From positions 32,001-96,000 of the IMG/VR virus record IMGVR_UViG_3300032236_001180: DNA of 64,000 bases, one strand, 5' to 3'. Numbering within the stretch: the first letter of the stretch is position 1; each line of letters begins with the position of its first letter. A program made the translations under genes and the position numbers. This document shows, one piece after another, positions 37,931 to 48,282 of the stretch. This DNA comes from a virus. A model generated the notes under the pieces. It was not told the origin of the DNA, made no database searches, and was given only the letters and a program-made list of their open reading frames with translations.

Positions 37931-38698
37931 ATGTTAATTAAATCATCAACTAATAGAAAATGTGGTCCAACTCAATTTTTAGATACTATTAATATATCTA
38001 AAAATAATGAAGATTTTTTAATTGATTTTAATTTGAAAAAAAATGTAGTTTCTATTGGTTCAACTTTTGAGAATACATCAATTTTAGAACAACATAATAT
38101 ATTAAAACAAATTGAAATTAAATATAGTGATATTCAAAATCTTTCTACAGATTATGGAATTATATCTTTTTCATTAGATTATCAATATGAAAATTATATA
38201 TTAGCATCAATTACACCAAAAACTTTAAACGAAAGGAAACATTTTGCAGATTATCACAATGAAAAGAAAATTATACCCATAATTACATATTTTACTCCAT
38301 ATAAAGGATGTTCTTTTGATGAATGCAATATAGTAATAGAATGTTTAAATGAGGTAAAAACTGAAACTGATATTGTGTTTGATAGTAATATTCCATCTAT
38401 CAGAAATTTTATTGATAATGAAAATTGCTGGGGCAATTTAACTAATTACCCATCAATTATTTCCACAAATACTATAGATATTGGAAAAATATCTATATTT
38501 GAAGTAATTGTTCCGCCAAATACAACACTTTATTTGGAATCAAATATTGGAATTTTAAATAAAAGTAAAATCACACAAACTACTAATATTGAATTGGATT
38601 TAACATCTATAAAAGAAGTAACAGAAGATGTTGTTATAAAAATAAGTTCCAAATATTGGTCTGGAATTGTTAAAAAAATAATCAAAATATCTAACTAA
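37931..38698 (+). CDS. hypothetical protein (255 aa) in the rSAM cassette
   Basis: ATG 2 nt after the peptide stop; very AT-rich; beta-rich C-terminus. Confidence 0.72.
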   Translation: MLIKSSTNRKCGPTQFLDTINISKNNEDFLIDFNLKKNVVSIGSTFENTSILEQHNILKQIEIKYSDIQNLSTDYGIISFSLDYQYENYILASITPKTLNERKHFADYHNEKKIIPIITYFTPYKGCSFDECNIVIECLNEVKTETDIVFDSNIPSIRNFIDNENCWGNLTNYPSIISTNTIDIGKISIFEVIVPPNTTLYLESNIGILNKSKITQTTNIELDLTSIKEVTEDVVIKISSKYWSGIVKKIIKISN

Positions 38699-38720
38699 TT
38701 ACTTATTAATTATTCAAATT

Positions 38721-40118
38721 ATGGCAAAATTTAATGTATATGCAGTGAATTCTGAAACAGAAGAAATTCACGAATTTCTTTACGATAATGATAAATCTTA
38801 TTTATTTGACACTACAAAGGGAATTCAATATCCAAAAGAAAAACTAGAAAAAAATGAAAATAATTATAATAATATTGCATTTCCATTAACAAAAGACAAT
38901 CCAGTAAATAAAATTAGAGATTTCAGAAAGCTCAAAATTTCATTTGGATTAAAATGTAATTATTCTTGCGAATATTGCTCTCAAAAATTTGTTCCTGGCG
39001 CAGAAGTAGATAATAAAACTTTTGATTTAGATGTATATCTGAAAAAACTTTATTCAACTTTCAATTTTGGTGAAGATGGTTTAGGAAAAACAATAGAATT
39101 TTGGGGAGGGGAACCACTTTTATATTGGAATAAAATTGTTCCTATTGCAGAAAGTATTAAATTAAAATATCCAAAAATATCTTTTTCAATTATTACCAAT
39201 GGCAGTTTAATCACAAAAGAAAAAGCAGATTGGTTATATGATATGGGATTTTATGTCGGAATTAGTCACGATGGGCCGGGGCAAAAAGTAAGAGGACCAA
39301 ATCCATTTGATGTTCCCAAAATCAAAGAATCAATTTTATATCTTCATCGTAAATTTGCAGCAGAAGATAGAACCACATTCAATTCAATGCTGAATAAAGA
39401 CAATACATCAAGAAAAGCGATTGCGGATTATTTCATTGAACTTACTGGAAATAAAGATGTGAAAATTGGAGAAGGTGGTTTTGTGGATGCTTATGATGAA
39501 GGTGGATTGGAAATGAGTTTAGGAAAAGAATATTTCAAAAAATATTCTAAAAATTCATTTAAACAAATTCGTCAACATCTTTGCACTAATTTTTCTTTGG
39601 TAAAAGTTAAAATCACAAATTTCTTTCAGACATTTCATTTTGGAACTTCATCAAAAGTTATTTCGCAAAAATGTGGAATGGATAAAGAATATAATATTGC
39701 TGTTGATTTAAGCGGAAATGTGATAACTTGCCAAAATGTTTCTGCTAACGCAATTGCCCCCAATGGCAATTCGCATAAAATAGGTCATATTGATGATTTT
39801 GATAGTATTAAATTAACTACTGCAACCCATTGGAGTCATAGAAAGGATTGTTCTACTTGTCCTGTATTGCAACTTTGTCAAGGTTCTTGTATGTTTTTAG
39901 AAAGAGAATTGTGGGATGCCAGCTGTAATAATGCTTATTATGATAATATTCCTTATTTTTGTTCAGTAATTGAGCATATGACTGGATGTATTCCTATTTA
40001 CATTGATGGTGATTTGCCAGAAGAAAGAAAAGATATTTTTGGATTATTTGAAAATGGGAGGTTTTCAGAAGAAAATTTTGATTCTAAAAAGTTTTATGAA
40101 TTTTTGGAGACCCCTTGA
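38721..40118 (+). CDS. radical SAM enzyme with C-terminal SPASM domain
   Basis: CNYSCEYC (CxxxCxxC), FWGGEPLL, IITNGSL, ISHDG; SPASM-like KCG...VDLSGNVITCQ...CSTCPVLQLCQGSC...C. Confidence 0.93.
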   Translation: MAKFNVYAVNSETEEIHEFLYDNDKSYLFDTTKGIQYPKEKLEKNENNYNNIAFPLTKDNPVNKIRDFRKLKISFGLKCNYSCEYCSQKFVPGAEVDNKTFDLDVYLKKLYSTFNFGEDGLGKTIEFWGGEPLLYWNKIVPIAESIKLKYPKISFSIITNGSLITKEKADWLYDMGFYVGISHDGPGQKVRGPNPFDVPKIKESILYLHRKFAAEDRTTFNSMLNKDNTSRKAIADYFIELTGNKDVKIGEGGFVDAYDEGGLEMSLGKEYFKKYSKNSFKQIRQHLCTNFSLVKVKITNFFQTFHFGTSSKVISQKCGMDKEYNIAVDLSGNVITCQNVSANAIAPNGNSHKIGHIDDFDSIKLTTATHWSHRKDCSTCPVLQLCQGSCMFLERELWDASCNNAYYDNIPYFCSVIEHMTGCIPIYIDGDLPEERKDIFGLFENGRFSEENFDSKKFYEFLETP

Positions 40119-40143
40119 CAGGATCCAAAATGTGTGCTAGAAT
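40115..40143 (+). promoter_or_regulatory. sigma70-type promoter
   Basis: TTGACA-17 bp-TAGAAT with extended -10 TG. Confidence 0.75.
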
Positions 40144-40167
40144 GAGGAGGACCACTGTGTGCCCATA

Positions 40168-40341
40168 ATGCAAATTGATCGTGAGACCCTTCAAGAACTT
40201 CGTGATTTACAAGAAGATATGTGTTGTCATTTTGTAGATGAAAATTTTCCAATTAGCGGAGAAACTTATTGGACCTGTGTAGAAGCATTTGCACAAGCAA
40301 AACTTGCTGAACTTCGCGGGGAATTAGTTTATGATAATTGA
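40168..40341 (+). CDS. small hypothetical protein
   Basis: MQIDRETLQELRDLQED...SGETYWTCVEAFAQAKLAELRGE; alternative GTG start at 40159. Confidence 0.65.
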   Translation: MQIDRETLQELRDLQEDMCCHFVDENFPISGETYWTCVEAFAQAKLAELRGELVYDN

Positions 40342-40360
40342 TTGATAATTTATTAAGTGT

Positions 40361-40367
40361 CTAAATA
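40361..40367 (+). promoter_or_regulatory. late-promoter-like CTAAATA
   Basis: 28 nt upstream of the 2245-aa structural gene. Confidence 0.5.
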
Positions 40368-40395
40368 AGACAGAAGAAATATCTGTGCTTATAAA

Positions 40396-43300
40396 ATGCC
40401 ATTATCAAGGTTAGAAAATTTCCTAAAGAATGCTGAAGGTAACATTCTTTACGTTAATCCATCAGATTTTGATGCGACTGATAGTTACGAAAACAAGGGT
40501 AATAGTTTAGCTCGTCCTTTTAAATCTATCCAAAGGGCATTAATAGAAGCAGCAAGATTTTCATATCAGACAGGAAGAAATAACGATAGAATTGATAGAA
40601 CGACTATACTTGTATATCCTGGAACTCATTATATTGATAATCGTCCAGGACTTGCAATTGATACCACTGGGACATTAAAACAGAGAACTGGTTCTGGCTC
40701 TGGTGTTTCTTGGGCAAGTGGTGTTTCAATTAATGAACTTGGAATAGCATTCAATACAGATATTTTTGACGCAAATAACGATTTATTTAAATTAAATTCG
40801 GTAGATGGTGGCGTAATCATTCCTCGTGGTGTTTCCATTATTGGTTATGATTTAAGAAAAACTAAAATTCGTCCATTATATGTTCCAGATCCATTAGATG
40901 ATTATATTGGTGCCTCTTCTATCTTTAATGTAACCGGTACTTGTTATTTTAGTATCTTTACGTTTTTGGATGCAGACACAACAAAATTTTCGTATAAAAA
41001 TTACAACAACACCACAAATTTTCCAAATTATTCTCACCACAAACTAACTGCATTTGCTTATGCAGATGGTGTGAATAATGTAAAAGTCAGCAATGTAGAT
41101 AGTGGATTGACTGATTTGCAGATGTATTATGATAAACTTACATTAGTTTATGGTAATAGTTCTGGAAGACCACTTATAGATTATCCAGTCGGTGTTGATT
41201 TTGAACCAAACGTAGATGAATATCGTATTGTTGGAAATCTAACCGCAAATAATCTTGGTATTACAAGTATTCGTTCTGGTGATGGCGTAATCCCATCTTC
41301 TTCTATTACTGTAACTACCAACAAAACTCACAATCTTTTTGTTGATACTCCAATCTTAATGAAAGGTGTTGGTATTGATACCAGCATTTATAATGGTTCA
41401 TTTGTCGTAAGTGGTATTGTAGGACTGACTACATTCACCTATACATCATTAGGATCTCCCACAAATCCACTTCCTGATGCCGTAACCTATCTCCAAGATG
41501 CTCAAGTTGTTGTAGAAGCAGATAGTGTTTCTTCTGCGTCTCCATACATCTTCAACTGCTCTTTAAGATCAGTTTATGGTATGTGTGGATTACACGCTGA
41601 TGGAAGCAAATCCACTGGTTTTAAATCAATGGTTGTGGCACAATTTACTGGTGTGTCACTACAGAAAGATGATAATGCTTTTATTGAATATGATTCAACC
41701 AGCAAATCATTTAAAGATAATACTCAATCATCAAATTCTCCACTTCATACATATTCCGGATCCATCTACAAACCAGTATATGAAAATTATCACGTAAAAG
41801 TATCAAATGGTGGATTTGTTCAGTGTGTATCTATTTTTGCGATTGGTTATGCTAGACAATTCTTGGCCGAAAGTGGTGGTGATATGTCTATCACTAACTC
41901 TAATAGTAATTTTGGTGCCGTAGCTCTTGAATCTATTGGTTTCAGAAAAGAAGCATTTGATCGTGATAATACTGGATATATTACTCACATCATTCCACCA
42001 AGGGAAGTTACTACAAATGAAAATGAAGTAACTTGGTTATCATTAGATATTGCAAAAACAATTTCAGCGGCAACAGTTTCAAATTTATATCTTTATGGAT
42101 ACAATAGTTTAGATATAGCCCCACCACATCAAGTTGATAGTTATCGTATTGGGGCGAAGCAAAACGAACTGTTAAATCTAACAGTAACTATTGGAACAGC
42201 ACAAACAACTTATACCGCACCAGTATTGATGCAGTCTCCTGGTGGTTCAATATATTCCGCAAAGAAAGTATCTACTATTGGAAGATCCGCAGGAATTAAT
42301 AGTATCAGCAATGATATCTTTACACTTACAGATGCCCACAACTTCTATAATGGAGAAAAAGTACGAGTATTCAGTGATACTGCCGAAGCACCAAATAATG
42401 TAGAATTGAATAAAGTTTATTATATTTCCACAACTGGGTCTTCAAATCAAGTTAAACTTTCTCCAACATATAGTGATGCAATTGCTGCAACTCCAAGAAC
42501 TATCACCGGAACGAATAATCTTGGTGGCATTCTTACTATTGTTAGTTCAGTAACTGATAAGCAACCAGGAGATCTTGGACATCCAATTCAATTTGATTCT
42601 ACGCAATCAAATTGGTACATCACTTGTTCCAATTCCAATCAAGATAATAATATCTACAATGCAATTGTAGGATTGGGAACAACCGGATTAGGTCTAGAAT
42701 CTGGTTCCACTTTCGTAAAAAGAAAATTAGATAATCGTTCATTGAATGAAAGAATTTATAAACTTCGTTATGTGATTCCAAAAGAAGCAACAAATGCACG
42801 ACCACCAATTGCTGGTTATACGCTCCAAGAAAGTAGCACAACAACAATTGATAGTCCTGGAGTTTTGTCCGGAGATCTTTCTAATTCTATACAACTCAAA
42901 AATCCAAAAATCATTACTGGGGCATCATATTCTTCAAATGTAATTACTATTACGACTGAACTTCCACATAATCTAAATTCTGGTGATGGAGTTAAAATTC
43001 AAAATGTACTAAGTTCAAATAATCCAACAGGTTCTGCATCTTCTGTATTCAATGGTTCTTTCACTATTGCATCAGTTCCAAGTAGTAAAACCTTTACTAT
43101 TTCTGGTATTGCCACTAATCCTGGATCTTTTGCAAATATCACAAATCAAAGAACTACATCACAACAAGTTGCAGCACTTCCAACTGTAACTAGGGAAAGA
43201 TATTATGATACTTATTTCATTTATAGAATTGATGAAATTAAGAAGTTCATTCCTGGTTCTTCAACCACAGGACAAGATGGTATCTATCATCTTACAGTAA

Positions 43301-46300
43301 TGTCTTCAAGTGAATCACCAACACTTAAAAATGTTGGGTATGGTATTAGTTATAAAAATTATAATCAAGATGTTCGTAATCTTTATCCACAATTAGATAG
43401 AGATAATTATAATTCAGATCCAAAAGCAACTACAACTTACGCAGATATTCAGCCACTTGGAAAAGTTACAACAGATGACAAGAGAAATTCAGTCACAAAA
43501 GAATCTTTGGATTCGTTTGTAAAAGAAAATACAATTGGTTTTGGTATTACTTATGCTGCTGTAACTGGAACTGCTGTTACTTTCTATACTGATAGAGAGC
43601 ATAATTTAAATGCAATTTCTGCACTTTCATTGACTGCTCCTGGTTCTGGTTATGGTTCAACGACTCTTTATTCTGCTGCTTTGGTGGGCGGAACTGGATC
43701 GGGAACTAATGCAACAGTTAAAGTTTCATTATCCGGTGGTGTTCCAACAGATGTAAGTATTGTAGATGGTGGTAGTGCTTATGGAGTAGGAAATACGATG
43801 AGCATTGCAGGTGGAGCAACACTTGCAACTGTACAAGTAACTTCTATTAATAATAATGTTGGAGATGCAATTCAAGTTGTTGGATTTGCAAGTGAAGGTT
43901 ATAATGGTCTATTTAAAATTACAGCAATTTCTGGACCAAAGCAATTTACAGTTTACAATCCAAATAATGTTGGTGTTTATACATCTAGAACTGATGGTAA
44001 GGTGCCTTATGCTTTTATTTCAGCAGAAGGATCTTCAATTTTATCTTTAAACTTTACAGATATTACAACTGGAATTGCAACAGTCACTACATCCACATCT
44101 CACGGATTGCTTGTTGGTAATAAGTTCACAATTTCTGGTACAGGACAGGCAATTTATGATAGTTCATTTACAGTTAAGAATGTAGTTGGTCTTACCACAT
44201 TTACTTTTAATGTTGGTGTTGTAACTACAACTCAACCTTATGTAAGTGGCGGTACAGTCTTAAAACAAGGCATTGGTGCAAATGCTCTTCCAATTGGAGA
44301 TGGAGAAAGCAATTTTGGTGGTCGTGCGTCTTACATTTATGGTGGAATTTCTGCAACACTTGGAAGTTCTTTATCTTCTTCTGCAACTACGATTAATCTT
44401 TCAAGTCCAAATGGATTCAAAAAAGGTGATTTCATTCAAATCAATTCAGAAGTTCTTCGTATCTTAAATGATGCCTGCACAAGTGTAATTCGCGGACAAT
44501 TTGGTACAATTTCAGCAGCAGCAGATAGTGGAACTCTTGTTAAGAAAATTCGTATTATTCCAATCCAATTCCATCGTCCATCATATCTTCGTGGTTCTGG
44601 TCATACTTTTGAATATGTTGGATATGGTCCTGGTAACTATTCAACTGGTCTTCCACAAAAACAAACTAAAATTTTATCTTCCGATGAAGTAATTGTTTCA
44701 CAAGCAAAAGAACAAGATGGAGGAACAATCGTTTATTCTGGTATGAACGATTTGGGTGAGTTTTATTCTGGTTCAAAGAAACTTACTTCTATTACCGGAG
44801 AAGAAGAACTCTTTGATGCTCCAATATTCACTTATACTGGCGATGATGCAAATACAGATTTAACTAAAAGATTAAGTGGATATTATGATGATATTGTAGT
44901 AAAAGAAAGAATTACAGTTGAAGGTGGTGAAAATAGCAATCAAACCTCACAATTCTATGGTCCTGTAAATTTCACACAGAAAATCACAAACACATCAGAT
45001 AATGGAATTGAAACTAAAAACTTATACATCAAAGGAACTGCTTCTCAGGCAAAATTAATTACAGTTGGAATTTCTACTCCAACTTCTGCAATAATTGCTG
45101 GTGCTCGTTCTGGTGATATTTCTGTAATTTCTAATCCAGTATCTGGTGGATATGTAGGTCACATTTATGCCGATAGTGATTGGAAGAGATTTGGAATGAT
45201 TAGTATGGAGAAGGACTTGGATGTTCTTCGTTTGGATAGACTTGGAATTGGCCAAACAAATACAACATTTCCATTCACAAATGAATTGGAAGTCAATGGA
45301 ACTGCAAAATTCAAAAATCTATTTGTAACTGAATCTGTTACATTTAATACTCCACAAACATTTAGTAGTGTTTCTTTTGATGGCATTACGATTTATAGTG
45401 GTGCAATTTTCCCAGGAACAAATTCAGTTGGAGCAATTACAACTGCATATACACAGAAACACACACAAGGCATTTCGCAACTTTATAATTTAGAAGTTAC
45501 TGGTACTGGTGTCACTTTCTCCAACACTGCAAATATTAATGTTGGTGGTCCTTTTAATTCAACATATGCTGGTGTTTCCACATTTGCCGGAAAACTAAAT
45601 GCTAGCTCTTCAAATATTAATGCATTAACTGGTACTGCTGTTACATATACTACTGGTAATATTACTACTTTAAGTGGAAGCAATGCTTATTATAATGCTG
45701 GTATTGTAACCACTATTTCTGGTTCTTCTGCAACATATGCCACTGGCAATATTACCACTTTAAGTGGAAGTAATGCTTATTATAATGCTGGTATTGTAAC
45801 CACTCTTTCTGGTTCTTCTGCAACATACACAAGTGCTACGATTACTAATTTAAACAATACTGGAATTAGCACAGTTAGTACTTCTGGAATTGATTTTAAA
45901 GGTTCTACTGGCTCCACCAAAGTGGTAGCAGCATCAACTGCAAGTGGAACTCTTACATTACCAGCAGCAACAGATACACTAGTTGGCAAAAATACAACTG
46001 ACACTTTAACTAATAAAACAATTGCCGCTGGTTCAAATACCATTACTGGATTGACAAATACCAATCTTTCTGGTTCTGCTGCAATTTCAAATGCAAATCT
46101 AGCAAATAGTACAATTTCTGGTGTTTCTCTTGGAAGCAATCTTGGGGACTTAACATTAGGTACTCATTTAAGTTATACAAGTGGAACCACATATAATGGA
46201 AGTGCTGCAAGGGCACTTAATGTTGATGCAAAATCAACTTGGACTCTTGGTGACAATAGCGCAAGTATTGTTTCTAGGGATGTAAATGGTGATTTTACTG

Positions 46301-47133
46301 CCCGTGATATTACAAGTAGAACCATTACTTCAAATATTACAACAGGAAATGCTCCATTTGTGGTATCTTCCACCACACAAGTTAGTAATTTAAATGTTTC
46401 TTATCTGCAAGGTTATCAAGCAGCAACTTCGGGAACAAGTAATATTGTTCTTCGTGATGGTTCTGGTAACTTTAGTGCTGGAACAATCAATGCTACTAAT
46501 TTAAATGGAATTCTTCAATATAGCATTTCTACTGGAACTCATTTATCTGGTTCCTTTAATAACTCGGCATCTGCATCCATTACAATAGATGCTACAGATG
46601 CAAATACTCCCAGTACAGTAGTTTCTCGTGATGGTTCTGGTAACTTTAGTGCTGGAACAATCACTGCAACTTTGAGTGGTACAGCAAGTGCTCTTGTAAC
46701 TGGAAATAACTATCAGGTCAATTCCTTTGGTGTTGGGACTGCTGCTTCAGGTACTGCTGGTGAAATTCGTGCCACAAATGACATTACAGCATTCTATTCT
46801 GATTTAAGATTGAAAGAAAACATCAATCCAATTGCGAATGCTCTTTCTAAAGTATGTTCTCTTCGTGGTGTTACTTATAATGCAAACGATGTTGCTGCAT
46901 CATTTGGTTATACAAAAGAAGAACAAGTTGGTGTTATTGCACAGGAAGTAGAAAAAATACTTCCACAAGTTGTGAAGGCAGCACCATTTGATATTGATGT
47001 GGACGATGATGGAAATGAATATTCCAGAAGTGGTGAAAACTATAAGACGGTTAAGTATGAAAAACTTGTTCCACTTCTAATTGAAGCAATTAAGGAATTG
47101 AAAGTTGAAATTGAAGAACTTAAGAAAAGATAA
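40396..47133 (+). CDS. very large tail-fibre/structural protein with C-terminal S74 chaperone
   Basis: MPLSRLENFLKN..G.ILYVNP.D.DATD N-terminus typical of cyanomyophage giant structural proteins; C-terminal FYSDLRLKENI...GVIAQEVEKILP...VKYEKLVPLLIEAIKEL. Confidence 0.88.
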   Translation: MPLSRLENFLKNAEGNILYVNPSDFDATDSYENKGNSLARPFKSIQRALIEAARFSYQTGRNNDRIDRTTILVYPGTHYIDNRPGLAIDTTGTLKQRTGSGSGVSWASGVSINELGIAFNTDIFDANNDLFKLNSVDGGVIIPRGVSIIGYDLRKTKIRPLYVPDPLDDYIGASSIFNVTGTCYFSIFTFLDADTTKFSYKNYNNTTNFPNYSHHKLTAFAYADGVNNVKVSNVDSGLTDLQMYYDKLTLVYGNSSGRPLIDYPVGVDFEPNVDEYRIVGNLTANNLGITSIRSGDGVIPSSSITVTTNKTHNLFVDTPILMKGVGIDTSIYNGSFVVSGIVGLTTFTYTSLGSPTNPLPDAVTYLQDAQVVVEADSVSSASPYIFNCSLRSVYGMCGLHADGSKSTGFKSMVVAQFTGVSLQKDDNAFIEYDSTSKSFKDNTQSSNSPLHTYSGSIYKPVYENYHVKVSNGGFVQCVSIFAIGYARQFLAESGGDMSITNSNSNFGAVALESIGFRKEAFDRDNTGYITHIIPPREVTTNENEVTWLSLDIAKTISAATVSNLYLYGYNSLDIAPPHQVDSYRIGAKQNELLNLTVTIGTAQTTYTAPVLMQSPGGSIYSAKKVSTIGRSAGINSISNDIFTLTDAHNFYNGEKVRVFSDTAEAPNNVELNKVYYISTTGSSNQVKLSPTYSDAIAATPRTITGTNNLGGILTIVSSVTDKQPGDLGHPIQFDSTQSNWYITCSNSNQDNNIYNAIVGLGTTGLGLESGSTFVKRKLDNRSLNERIYKLRYVIPKEATNARPPIAGYTLQESSTTTIDSPGVLSGDLSNSIQLKNPKIITGASYSSNVITITTELPHNLNSGDGVKIQNVLSSNNPTGSASSVFNGSFTIASVPSSKTFTISGIATNPGSFANITNQRTTSQQVAALPTVTRERYYDTYFIYRIDEIKKFIPGSSTTGQDGIYHLTVMSSSESPTLKNVGYGISYKNYNQDVRNLYPQLDRDNYNSDPKATTTYADIQPLGKVTTDDKRNSVTKESLDSFVKENTIGFGITYAAVTGTAVTFYTDREHNLNAISALSLTAPGSGYGSTTLYSAALVGGTGSGTNATVKVSLSGGVPTDVSIVDGGSAYGVGNTMSIAGGATLATVQVTSINNNVGDAIQVVGFASEGYNGLFKITAISGPKQFTVYNPNNVGVYTSRTDGKVPYAFISAEGSSILSLNFTDITTGIATVTTSTSHGLLVGNKFTISGTGQAIYDSSFTVKNVVGLTTFTFNVGVVTTTQPYVSGGTVLKQGIGANALPIGDGESNFGGRASYIYGGISATLGSSLSSSATTINLSSPNGFKKGDFIQINSEVLRILNDACTSVIRGQFGTISAAADSGTLVKKIRIIPIQFHRPSYLRGSGHTFEYVGYGPGNYSTGLPQKQTKILSSDEVIVSQAKEQDGGTIVYSGMNDLGEFYSGSKKLTSITGEEELFDAPIFTYTGDDANTDLTKRLSGYYDDIVVKERITVEGGENSNQTSQFYGPVNFTQKITNTSDNGIETKNLYIKGTASQAKLITVGISTPTSAIIAGARSGDISVISNPVSGGYVGHIYADSDWKRFGMISMEKDLDVLRLDRLGIGQTNTTFPFTNELEVNGTAKFKNLFVTESVTFNTPQTFSSVSFDGITIYSGAIFPGTNSVGAITTAYTQKHTQGISQLYNLEVTGTGVTFSNTANINVGGPFNSTYAGVSTFAGKLNASSSNINALTGTAVTYTTGNITTLSGSNAYYNAGIVTTISGSSATYATGNITTLSGSNAYYNAGIVTTLSGSSATYTSATITNLNNTGISTVSTSGIDFKGSTGSTKVVAASTASGTLTLPAATDTLVGKNTTDTLTNKTIAAGSNTITGLTNTNLSGSAAISNANLANSTISGVSLGSNLGDLTLGTHLSYTSGTTYNGSAARALNVDAKSTWTLGDNSASIVSRDVNGDFTARDITSRTITSNITTGNAPFVVSSTTQVSNLNVSYLQGYQAATSGTSNIVLRDGSGNFSAGTINATNLNGILQYSISTGTHLSGSFNNSASASITIDATDANTPSTVVSRDGSGNFSAGTITATLSGTASALVTGNNYQVNSFGVGTAASGTAGEIRATNDITAFYSDLRLKENINPIANALSKVCSLRGVTYNANDVAASFGYTKEEQVGVIAQEVEKILPQVVKAAPFDIDVDDDGNEYSRSGENYKTVKYEKLVPLLIEAIKELKVEIEELKKR

Positions 47134-47135
47134 AA

Positions 47136-48254
47136 TCAAACATAAGTAACTGAATTTGGAAATAATGACCCAGCACTTACAGTAACATTGACAGTAAGTG
47201 TTGGATCATTATTTGTTCTTACTCCATATATTCCAAGTCCATTTCCTCCTCCAGTTCCTCCGAGTGAATCTCCTCTAGCACCTTCACCACCACCATTAAT
47301 TGTTCCATTTGCTCCTATTCCCCAAGTACTTGTACCTCTGCAACCATTACTTGAACCTGCAGGGTTTCCGCCACCACCTCCACCACCTCCCCCAACATTG
47401 TTGGCTCCTTGGTTTGGACCACCATTGCATCCTGGTTGTCCTCCATTGCCTCCAGAAGTTTTAGAACCATCGGAACCCGCAGTCCCAAACTGAGGATAAT
47501 TAATTCCACCAACATATCCAGTCATTGTGTGTCCTCCTGTTCCTCCAGGATTTCCCTGTCCTCCCCCACCGCCGCCTCCCCCAGCAGTGGGGTCAAATGG
47601 TCCAGTATCGGGGTTGGAATAAGTATATCCACCTCCACCGCCACCACCAAATCCACAAAAAACACCACCAGATTTTATAGTTACATTTGCACTATAACTA
47701 AATCCAAAAGCATTTCCTCCATTTCCTCCATTTGTTCCAGACCAATTAAAAGGTCCAGAAGCATTCCCATATAATGCGCCATCACCTCCTGCCCCACCAA
47801 AACCTTGCACATAGGAATTATTGGTAATGAATACATTTAATGAAGAACCAGATGGCCAACTTCCCGATAATGCACTATTTCCTGTTTTTGATGAATCTCC
47901 GATAGATTTCCTTATGTAAAAATAATATTTCTTAGGTCCAATTTGAGATAAATTTAAATTAGATAAATTTTGATAACCAACAGAATACCAAGTATTTTTA
48001 GTCTTGTCGGTTAATATAAGTCCGTCACTAATATCAGCACCAGTTCCAGTATCTACAATTACATTTAAAGTCTTTCCCCTAAGTTGACCAAAACTAATAG
48101 CACTGGATGAACTAGAAGGAACGCCAGTATCAAGAGGATATACATCACCATCAATAGTTTGTGACGTTCTATATGCCCCTAAATTTTTTCCAGGAGGTGT
48201 GCCAAACTCCGCAGCAATATCTGAAAATTTTATTGCTCCTGTTGGTGTTGTCAT
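47136..48254 (-). CDS. glycine-rich putative receptor-binding adhesin (gp38-like architecture)
   Basis: Short N-terminal GAIKFSDIAAEFG...GVPSS...ISFGQLRGK, then multiple poly-Gly tracts separated by variable loops; ATAAATA (minus strand) at 48280-48286. Confidence 0.62.
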   Translation of the reverse strand: MTTPTGAIKFSDIAAEFGTPPGKNLGAYRTSQTIDGDVYPLDTGVPSSSSSAISFGQLRGKTLNVIVDTGTGADISDGLILTDKTKNTWYSVGYQNLSNLNLSQIGPKKYYFYIRKSIGDSSKTGNSALSGSWPSGSSLNVFITNNSYVQGFGGAGGDGALYGNASGPFNWSGTNGGNGGNAFGFSYSANVTIKSGGVFCGFGGGGGGGYTYSNPDTGPFDPTAGGGGGGGGQGNPGGTGGHTMTGYVGGINYPQFGTAGSDGSKTSGGNGGQPGCNGGPNQGANNVGGGGGGGGGNPAGSSNGCRGTSTWGIGANGTINGGGEGARGDSLGGTGGGNGLGIYGVRTNNDPTLTVNVTVSAGSLFPNSVTYV

Positions 48255-48282
48255 CTATATTATTTTATTATCTATTTTATAT

